Part shown: in pieces, positions 25,873 through 32,721 of the stretch
Layout: every line of letters starts with the position of its first letter
Numbering within the stretch: the stretch's first letter is position 1
Source: an uncultured Christensenellaceae bacterium
Lineage (GTDB): Bacteria > Bacillota > Clostridia > Christensenellales > UBA3700
Direction: 5' to 3'
DNA: 64,000 nucleotides
Assembly: GCA_944381365.1 (NCBI GenBank)
Contig: CALWKW010000002.1
Coordinates: forward strand, 257,952 to 321,951
Position numbers and translations under genes: made by a program
The notes under the pieces: model-generated
The model's database searches: none
What the model was told of the DNA's origin: nothing
The model's input: the letters and a program-made list of their open reading frames with translations, nothing else

Positions 25873-26943
25873 TTAAAATCCGATTTTGACGTTGTTGAGA
25901 GTGACCGAGGACACCGAAACTTCCGGACGGAACCTTATCTTTTGGGTTGCTCCGCTGTTGGATTCGGTTACCGTAAGCTCGTAATACCAGTTGTCGTCCT
26001 CGTATGCTTTGAAGCTGTCGTAATAGGTAACCATTTGTCCGCTGCGCTGAGAGGAAGAATAATAACTCGTAAGCGTTGCGTTCGATTCGATAGACAGCGT
26101 ATTCCCGGAAATGGAATAGGCAAACACATAGGGAATGTAATTGGAAACCTTGGTGATATCGTTGATGGCAAGCGTCGCTTCCGTGCCGTCCACAAAAGTG
26201 TTAGTGTCCGTCAGACCGTTGTACTTTCTGTCTGCGGTGATGATGTTGCCGTACGCTCTGACGCTGTAAGTATAGTTGCAATCGGTACGCACGTCGTTAA
26301 ATCCGTTTTCACCGGAAAGCGTAAACGTATAGGTGCTGCCCGTAGGAAGCTTATAATACGCGCCGATGCTCGCATGGGAAGTCGTGCTGATGCCGTTCGC
26401 CGTAATTCTCAATGTTTCGGGTGCTCCGACATAAGACACAAGACACGTTGCAGACTTCTTGCCGCTGCGAGTTACGACCGTTACGAGGATATCGCCGTCA
26501 AACGGCTGATAGCAGGTTACGGTCGCCTTTAACGCTCCGTCCGAAGCGGGGGTGACGGTAACATAATCGGTTACGGTGCCGCTCGCCTGAGAGTCCGACC
26601 ATTCGATATACCAATCGACCGTTTTGTCCGCCACTTCTTCAGGGAAGATTGTAGCCGTCAGGTCTACCGACTTTGTATAACCGTTTACCGCAAGCGGAGA
26701 AGCCATATAATAGGGCTCGCTCACACGAAGCGTCATCACTTCGGTATTCTGCGGAATAACGGACAACTTATCGCCATCGCCTTGAACGTCGGTTATCTCC
26801 TGATCCTCAGGCGTGTTTTCTTTGTCGGGCAAAGCCATCACAAGCGCCGCAATCATACCCGCAAAAAGCACCGCGATCAGTATGAAAACGACAGCCCATT
26901 TGATGGCGTCCGACTTTTTATGTTGATTGAATTCGTTGTACAT
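25873..26943 (-). CDS. Membrane-anchored protein with a Big_2-like Ig domain (paralog of 24841..25857)
   Basis: 356 aa. N-terminal TM 'WAVVFILIAVLFAGMIAALVMAL'. 'LTATIFPEEVADKTVDWYIEW', 'VTVTPASDGALKATVTCYQPFDGDILV'. Confidence 0.55.
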   Translation of the reverse strand: MYNEFNQHKKSDAIKWAVVFILIAVLFAGMIAALVMALPDKENTPEDQEITDVQGDGDKLSVIPQNTEVMTLRVSEPYYMASPLAVNGYTKSVDLTATIFPEEVADKTVDWYIEWSDSQASGTVTDYVTVTPASDGALKATVTCYQPFDGDILVTVVTRSGKKSATCLVSYVGAPETLRITANGISTTSHASIGAYYKLPTGSTYTFTLSGENGFNDVRTDCNYTYSVRAYGNIITADRKYNGLTDTNTFVDGTEATLAINDITKVSNYIPYVFAYSISGNTLSIESNATLTSYYSSSQRSGQMVTYYDSFKAYEDDNWYYELTVTESNSGATQKIRFRPEVSVSSVTLNNVKIGF

Positions 26944-27032
26944 ATTAACCTCCTGTTTTTTTGTCTGATACTCACAACTGCGGTTTAATAGAATAAACCG
27001 CAGCCGTAAAGTATCCGTTGTGAAATTGCTTG

Positions 27033-27389
27033 TTATCTGAGAAGCATATTCAGAAGCGATTTATCCGAGCTTCTGTAAGGCTTGACGGCACATTCGTAAA
27101 TCCCGCCGTCCTCGTCCACGGTCTGCACGGAATAGGTGTTGCCGGAAATGATTTTGCCGGTCGCTTCGTCCTTGATCTCGAAAGGCTTTGCAACGAGCTC
27201 GGCCACCATCTGATCCCCGAATACGATGTCGAGTACGGTATAGCCGCCTCTGTCGGGCGGAACGACGGCTACTTTGACGTCTTTGCCGCGGATATTGCCT
27301 TTGATGAAATATGAGAAGAAAGTTCTGCCGTTCTTCTCAAACGTCTCTCTTTCGACGAAAATCTGATTGTTTTGGTTGTTCTTTGCCAT
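27033..27389 (-). CDS. Small soluble protein of unknown function (ssDNA-binding or structural role is only a guess)
   Basis: 118 aa, predicted beta-rich, no TM. Followed by the hairpin CTGCGGTTTA/TAAACCGCAG at about 26978-27006. Confidence 0.4.
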   Translation of the reverse strand: MAKNNQNNQIFVERETFEKNGRTFFSYFIKGNIRGKDVKVAVVPPDRGGYTVLDIVFGDQMVAELVAKPFEIKDEATGKIISGNTYSVQTVDEDGGIYECAVKPYRSSDKSLLNMLLR

Positions 27390-27407
27390 TATCTGAAATC
27401 CTCCTGT

Positions 27408-27671
27408 TTATCCTTTTTTCTGCGAAATGGCTTTCGCTTCTGCTTTGCTTTTTCCTTCGGAAATTGCTTTCTTGTACTTGTAGATACCTGCGTGGTCGGT
27501 CTGGCACTGCAAATAGCCCGAACGCATACCGGCTTCGTAGTCGGTCAGTTCCTTGCCTTCCTTGGGACCGTAGGTATGTACCTTTGCTTTTCTGTCTGCC
27601 GCATATCCCTTTGCTCTTTTCGAGGGAACGGACCAACGACGTTTGTTGTACTTACTGTTTTTCTCTGCCAC
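27408..27671 (-). CDS. Small highly basic protein (unknown; possible nucleic-acid binder)
   Basis: GTG start at 27671, 8 nt after AGGAGG. 87 aa, rich in K/R ('KYNKRRWSVPSKRAKGYAADRKAK'). Confidence 0.5.
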   Translation of the reverse strand: MAEKNSKYNKRRWSVPSKRAKGYAADRKAKVHTYGPKEGKELTDYEAGMRSGYLQCQTDHAGIYKYKKAISEGKSKAEAKAISQKKG

Positions 27672-27863
27672 AGTAAAATCCTCCTGTAAAATGTGATTTG
27701 TTTTGCCCGTCACGCCGTTAGCACAGCTATTAAGTTGTATATGGTAACGAACGCTTCCACTTGGACCGCTGTCCTATGCGATTTCTTGCGGTGAGTGGCC
27801 ACTCTTATCCTTCGAAGTACCGCATAGGTTTCGCCAAATTTCACTGCGTTCGGTTACGCCGGT

Positions 27864-28106
27864 TTAGTCGATATAGGTACGGATGTACGTATTCGACGGA
27901 AGCCTTTTGCCATCTATGTGCTTACGGTCTTTATACAGAAGCAAATACTTGCTATCGCGCAAAAGCGTTCTGCGATAATAGGTGTCCACACTCAAAACGG
28001 CATTGTTCTGTTCGGCGTTTACAATAAGGTAAAGCTCTTGCTTTACTATGTAATCGCGCGTCCGATATACGTTCTCAAACAGTTTTTCGTTCTTTGCCTT
28101 GGCCAT
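27864..28106 (-). CDS. Small hypothetical protein
   Basis: 80 aa, same strand within the operon. Overlaps the upstream ORF by 32 nt. Confidence 0.45.
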   Translation of the reverse strand: MAKAKNEKLFENVYRTRDYIVKQELYLIVNAEQNNAVLSVDTYYRRTLLRDSKYLLLYKDRKHIDGKRLPSNTYIRTYID

Positions 28107-28329
28107 CTTTGCTTTCTCCTTTTTCTTTATTTTTTATGAACTCAGCTAGTTGCTGTTCATAACGTCGTATCATACATTCGGAAACGCGATGGATCAGATC
28201 TTCCTGTTCTGCCGGTAACGGACTTCCTTCTTCCGCGCGAACCTTGATATATAAAGGCACGGTCACCATTTCTTCGGATTCGCTTTTTCTTAGCCCGATA
28301 CAAGCTACCATTTGATATCTTTCAACCAT
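28075..28329 (-). CDS. Small hypothetical protein
   Basis: Start moved to MVERYQ (ATG 28329 after GAGGAG). 84 aa. Confidence 0.45.
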   Translation of the reverse strand: MVERYQMVACIGLRKSESEEMVTVPLYIKVRAEEGSPLPAEQEDLIHRVSECMIRRYEQQLAEFIKNKEKGESKDGQGKERKTV

Positions 28330-28405
28330 GTAACGCTCCTCTTTTAGTGAGGTTTTGAATAACCCCTTCACTTATAAGGGAATGAAAAAAGCAAAAGTCC
28401 ACGGT

Positions 28406-28804
28406 CTAATTCAAAAATTTTTTTATTTTTTCTAAAATTCGAGCAATTCTATTATTCAGTGCTTGTTTACAAATGGATAATTCAGCCGCTACTTCCGACT
28501 GCTTCCGTCCATAATAAAAGATCTGCTTAATAAGCCATTTTTGATCTTCGGTTAAAGTTTTTATAGCTTTACTTAATTGCTCAATATCGTACTTTTCAAA
28601 AAGTTTTTCTTCAACATTGCTGTTTGGATCAGCAACCTGAAACCCGGCTTCAACCATTCTCTCCAACGAACTGTCTTTTCGCTTCTTATCACGCCATATT
28701 TGACGGGCTTCTTCCGCCTCAATCTGTTCATACTGCCTTGCAAATTCGTCCGAAACTTCAACTTCGACAAACGTGCCATTGACTTCATACTTAATAGTTT
28801 TCAT
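28406..28804 (-). CDS. Sigma-70 region-4-like HTH regulator (conjugative-transposon/prophage type)
   Basis: Start at MKTIKYEVNG (ATG 28804). C-terminal 'LTEDQKWLIKQIFYYGRKQSEVAAELSICKQALNNRIARILEKIKKF' is a region-4 HTH pattern. Confidence 0.6.
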   Translation of the reverse strand: MKTIKYEVNGTFVEVEVSDEFARQYEQIEAEEARQIWRDKKRKDSSLERMVEAGFQVADPNSNVEEKLFEKYDIEQLSKAIKTLTEDQKWLIKQIFYYGRKQSEVAAELSICKQALNNRIARILEKIKKFLN

Positions 28805-28940
28805 TTGATTTCCTTTCCCCTTGTGCTCAATGGGGGGCGAGCGATTTTTCGTAAATCGCTGTCGGAAATCTCTGAAAATAAAAAAAGACCCGACAGCAGT
28901 GAACCAAATCACTGCCATCGGGAGAGAAAGCCTATTTTTG

Positions 28941-29003
28941 GGTATAAAAAAACCCTGACAACAGGCTAACCACTTTTACTGTGATTTGGCTCTATTGTCA
29001 GGG
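28941..29003 (-). terminator. Long imperfect hairpin plus T7 run (minus-strand terminator) splitting the operon
   Basis: Stem CCCTGACAA (28953-28961) / TTGTCAGGG (28995-29003) with partial inner pairing. On the minus strand it is followed by TTTTTTT. Confidence 0.6.
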
Positions 29004-29206
29004 CTCTTGGCGGTTCTTGTTTCAACCTTATAGGTTTGCCGGATCCAGCCTCTACGCTAAACTAAATATGTTCAGCTAACAATCTTTTGGAACAGGTAGT
29101 ACCTCATAACGGTTCGCTTCGATACTCTACGGTATGCCGAGTACAGGTTTTATTCTTCCGTTCCTCAATACAATTAAGTTTTAATTTTCCTATATTTTAC
29201 GCTGCA

Positions 29207-29386
29207 TTAAGCTTTCTGCTTCTTCTGCTTAACTGCGAGCGGCAATGCGTAAACGCCTCCGTCTTTATCTACCGTGCCTTGAACTACAGTCTTGCAAACA
29301 TGACAATGTAATTCGACCTCGCTTCCGATTTTCGCACGGCACAATAATTTTCCGCATTGAGGACAAGTAATGGGTTTTAATGTCAT
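29207..29386 (-). CDS. Unannotated 59-aa zinc-ribbon protein, Mu Com-like
   Basis: Hand translation: MTLKPITCPQCGKLLCRAKIGSEVELHCHVCKTVVQGTVDKDGGVYALPLAVKQKKQKA. RBS GGAGGA upstream. The CxxCxKLL...(E/I)xLxCxxCK pattern resembles the phage Mu Com translational activator. Confidence 0.5.
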   Translation of the reverse strand: MTLKPITCPQCGKLLCRAKIGSEVELHCHVCKTVVQGTVDKDGGVYALPLAVKQKKQKA

Positions 29387-29523
29387 ACTTATAATCCTCC
29401 TTTCCCCATAGTCACTTCACGGGTATTTGACAACTGTATTGTGAGGGAGGGGATTCCCGTCACACAGTAATGTCACGCTTATTGACCGACCCTTGTTTCC
29501 GTAGGGCATCCGTTCTTAAATTG

Positions 29524-29700
29524 TCAGTCTTTGATTATTTCTCCCAAATCGGGATACTTTGCCAACATCGTTTCTTTGTCTAAAACTTTGATTTCATTTT
29601 TTGTTCCACATTTGCTGCATACAAAACTCAGCTCATTTCCTTTTCTCTTTACATTTTCATTTTCCCTCCCGCACTTAGAACAATAAACTTTTTCCAGCAC
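29524..29700 (-). CDS. Small zinc-ribbon protein
   Basis: GTG start at 29700 after AAGGAGG. 58 aa with 'CSKCG...CSKCG'. Confidence 0.5.
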   Translation of the reverse strand: MLEKVYCSKCGRENENVKRKGNELSFVCSKCGTKNEIKVLDKETMLAKYPDLGEIIKD

Positions 29701-29728
29701 AAATAACACCTCCTTATTCGCTGAATAC

Positions 29729-30001
29729 CTACACAAATTGAACGACAGGTTTTTCGATGAACCATCTTCTCGGCTTATCCTCAAGATATAAAGCCCGTTC
29801 TTGACCGCGCATCTTTACCAAATATTTAATCGTACTGCTACTGCCTACATATTGAGGCGGTGCCATCAGTATCTTTACAACGCTATCTATCTCAAACTCT
29901 CTATCATCCCACATAACTTTGACCGGAATGAAAGTCCCATCTGTGCGCATTTTTACCAACACGTCAACATAAGTTTTGACATATTTAACCGAACTCGCCA
30001 T
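29729..30001 (-). CDS. Small hypothetical protein (first gene of the leftward operon)
   Basis: 90 aa, immediately downstream of the LexA-like repressor gene on the same strand. Confidence 0.45.
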   Translation of the reverse strand: MASSVKYVKTYVDVLVKMRTDGTFIPVKVMWDDREFEIDSVVKILMAPPQYVGSSSTIKYLVKMRGQERALYLEDKPRRWFIEKPVVQFV

Positions 30002-30016
30002 CGTTCATCTTGACCT

Positions 30017-30625
30017 CTAAACAACGTCCTTGATAACCTTTATCACTATGCCTTGAATATCTATACTGTCGAAGAACATATCTTCCATTTTATCGTTTTC
30101 GGGATGCAGTCTTACTCTGTGTTTCTTCTTATCTAAATAAAAACGCTTTAACGTCGCTTCATCGTCAATCAAAGCAACGACAATTTGTCCTTCTTCGGCT
30201 GTATTCTGTTGCCTTACGATAACAAAATCCCCGTCCTCTATGTTTGCGTTAATCATACTGTCGCCGCAAGCGTGAAGAGCAAAGAACTTGCCGGGACCGA
30301 GTATCGAAGAAGAAATCGGGATATAACTCTCAATATTTTCTTCTGCGAGCATAGGGGTGCCGCAAGCAATGCTTCCTACTATCGGAACTCTCACGGTATC
30401 GGCTAATACCTTTGACATTTTTTTCGTTCTGATACCACGCCAACCTCCCGTTGTTTCAATCAACCCACGCTCTTTCATTGCTTGGAGATTGCGACTGACA
30501 TTACTTTTGTTTAACTTTATCGCGTCCGCTATCTCCTGCATTGTAGGCACTGTATTGTTGGCAAAGTAGTATTCGTCTATAAACTCAATAATCGAGTTAA
30601 AGACCGATTCGCTCATTACCTTCAT
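30017..30625 (-). CDS. LexA/CI-like repressor (winged-helix N-terminus plus S24 self-cleaving peptidase)
   Basis: 'MQEIADAIKLNKSNVSRNLQAMKERGLIE' HTH. S24 catalytic 'ACGDSM' (Ser) and 'EATLKRF' (Lys). Start chosen at ATG 30625. Confidence 0.8.
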   Translation of the reverse strand: MKVMSESVFNSIIEFIDEYYFANNTVPTMQEIADAIKLNKSNVSRNLQAMKERGLIETTGGWRGIRTKKMSKVLADTVRVPIVGSIACGTPMLAEENIESYIPISSSILGPGKFFALHACGDSMINANIEDGDFVIVRQQNTAEEGQIVVALIDDEATLKRFYLDKKKHRVRLHPENDKMEDMFFDSIDIQGIVIKVIKDVV

Positions 30626-30664
30626 AAAAAAATCCTGCTCTTTTGATTTATTACGCAATTTTTG

Positions 30665-30708
30665 TTGCGTTATGATTATATTTTAGCTATAATAGAATCG
30701 AAAGTCAA
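30665..30708. promoter_or_regulatory. Overlapping divergent promoter pair between the repressor and recombinase genes
   Basis: Minus strand: TTGACT (30708-30703), 17 nt, TAAAAT (30685-30680). Plus strand: TTGCGT (30665-30670), 17 nt, TATAAT (30688-30693). Palindrome TTTGCA-TTT-TGCAAA at 30871-30885 lies nearer the recombinase start. Confidence 0.45.
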
Positions 30709-30926
30709 GCCTTTTATCTGACAAATAGGTGAATTGACAAAAATTTTTTTGCTATTGCCTTTTGTCGGGAAGGTGTCTCCCTCAGCGAAAAAGCTCAAGG
30801 GGCAATGTTTATCCCTCGTTAAGCATAAAGCATTGCCTGTTTCCTTGACCTTTTTCTACTGAGGTAGAGTTTTGCATTTTGCAAAAGGCAACAGCTTGAA
30901 CAAAATCTCTTATAAAGGAGTTTAGT

Positions 30927-32465
30927 ATGGAAAATTGTGTTATATATGCAAGATTCAGCTCCCACGGACAAAACGAACAAAGTATTGAAGCGCAGGTGCG
31001 TATTTGTAAGGAATATGCCGAAAACAAAGACTTTGACGTTGTCAATCTCTATACCGATAAAGCCAGAACGGGAACAAACGACGCTCGACCTGCTTTTCAG
31101 AAAATGATTGCGGACGCCAAAACCGGCGCTTTCCAGTACATCTTAGTTTATATGTTCGATAGGTTTGCCCGAAATCGCAGGGACAGCATTATCTATAAGG
31201 AAATGCTGAAAGACAAATACGGCGTCAAAGTCATATCCGCTTTGGAGCCGATTGCCGAAGACGAAGGCGGCGAATTTTATGAAATGTTCCTCGAATGGAA
31301 TGCCGAAAAATACAGCAAACGTCTTTCCAAAAGAGTACGCGATGGTCTTGACACTAGCATTGCAAATGGAACTTTTTGCGGAGGTTTTATCATTTACGGG
31401 TATAAACTCGAATTAGAGCCTGTCCCCGGAAAACAAGGCAAGTTTATCAAACGTGTTGTTATCAACGAAGAAGAAGCCAAAGTCATCCGCTATGTATTCG
31501 AACAATACGACAAAGGCGTAAGCAAAAAGCAAATTGCCGCCAATCTGAACGCACAAGGAATTCGTGTTAAAGGCAAGTCCATTTCGCACAAGACTTTCGA
31601 CAATTACATGAAGAACACGAAATACACCGGCGAATTCTATTTCGGTGAAAGGCTCTGCACAAATATGTATCCGCCGATCATCGATAAGGAGATGTTTGAA
31701 CGAGTACAACAGCGGCTTGCGAGCAATCGGTATTTTCTGGGCGGAAAGGAAACGGCAAAAGAACCTTACCTTCTGACAGGCAAATTATTCTGCGGACACT
31801 GCGGTACGGAAATGGTAGCCGGTGGCGGTAAAAGCAAGACGGGAAAAAAGTATTACTATTACGAATGCAAACAGAAGAAAAAGAAGCTTTGCACAAAAAG
31901 AATAGAACACAAAGATAAGCTCGAAAAATTCGTGGTACGGAGAGTGATCGATTTCTTGTCCGATGAAGTCAACTTGAATATCGTTACGCAAGACGTGTTG
32001 AAGTATTTTAACTCCCGCACAGACGAAAGAGAAATCAAGTCTATCCGAAAACGGATCGCCGATATACAAGAGGAAGCCGATGCGGCCGCTAATGCGTTCA
32101 TCGAGGCAAAAAGCCCGTTATTGAAACAGCGCATCGAAAAGCGTATGCAAGAATGCGAAGTATTGCTCGCAGACTTGGAAAAAGTAAAAGCCCGCCTCGT
32201 TATAGAGCGCGGACAAAAACTCACCGAACAGGATATCAAAGCATTCGTTAATATGATTTTGCAAGGTGATGTTGAGGACTTGGAATTCAGGCGGCGACTG
32301 ATAGACAATCTGGTCTATAAAGTCTATGTGAGCGATGACGACACCTATATCTATTTTAATATTAAGGGCGGCAATCATATCGAGGAGATTACTTTGGAAG
32401 ATACAAAAGCCGCTCTAAAAGAAGCTAATAGAGTTCAAACGCAACGTGACCCTGCCCGCCATTAG
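30927..32465 (+). CDS. Large serine recombinase (integrase)
   Basis: 512 aa. N-terminal resolvase catalytic domain 'VIYARFSSHGQNEQSIEAQ' and 'DRFARN'. Recombinase domain, zinc-ribbon 'CGHCG...YYYYECKQKKKKLC', coiled-coil C-terminus. Confidence 0.9.
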   Translation: MENCVIYARFSSHGQNEQSIEAQVRICKEYAENKDFDVVNLYTDKARTGTNDARPAFQKMIADAKTGAFQYILVYMFDRFARNRRDSIIYKEMLKDKYGVKVISALEPIAEDEGGEFYEMFLEWNAEKYSKRLSKRVRDGLDTSIANGTFCGGFIIYGYKLELEPVPGKQGKFIKRVVINEEEAKVIRYVFEQYDKGVSKKQIAANLNAQGIRVKGKSISHKTFDNYMKNTKYTGEFYFGERLCTNMYPPIIDKEMFERVQQRLASNRYFLGGKETAKEPYLLTGKLFCGHCGTEMVAGGGKSKTGKKYYYYECKQKKKKLCTKRIEHKDKLEKFVVRRVIDFLSDEVNLNIVTQDVLKYFNSRTDEREIKSIRKRIADIQEEADAAANAFIEAKSPLLKQRIEKRMQECEVLLADLEKVKARLVIERGQKLTEQDIKAFVNMILQGDVEDLEFRRRLIDNLVYKVYVSDDDTYIYFNIKGGNHIEEITLEDTKAALKEANRVQTQRDPARH

Positions 32466-32467
32466 CG

Positions 32468-32507
32468 AATAATACGAACTCTGAATACGAGGTCGTATTA
32501 TTTTTTG
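32468..32507 (+). terminator. Rho-independent terminator after the recombinase gene
   Basis: AATAATACGA ... TCGTATTATT followed by TTTTT. Confidence 0.75.
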
Positions 32508-32721
32508 CCGTCGATTACTTCGGTATCATCGTTAAACGAAAATAGACCATCCAATAAAAGCTTCTTAAATACTACCTACAATCATCCCATATAACATTAC
32601 GAACGTTATTGTATTCTGAACCATTAAAAATAACGTGCGTCGTTACTGGTAAATCTTTGATTGATACGTTATAATATAATAAATTACAACTACGATATTA
32701 AAAGTCTTTTAGAGGTTTTAA

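Larger units (their letters stand above)
6907..32530. mobile_element. Mosaic integrated element, or nested elements, from the tRNA-Ser 3' flank to the terminator after a large serine recombinase. Exact ends are not defined.
   Basis: Switch from core genes to mobile and defence genes at the tRNA 3' end. Recombinase and LexA-like repressor at the right end. HUH Rep and an ori-like region inside. Alternating GC blocks. Short non-colinear inverted matches near both ends. Confidence 0.5.
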
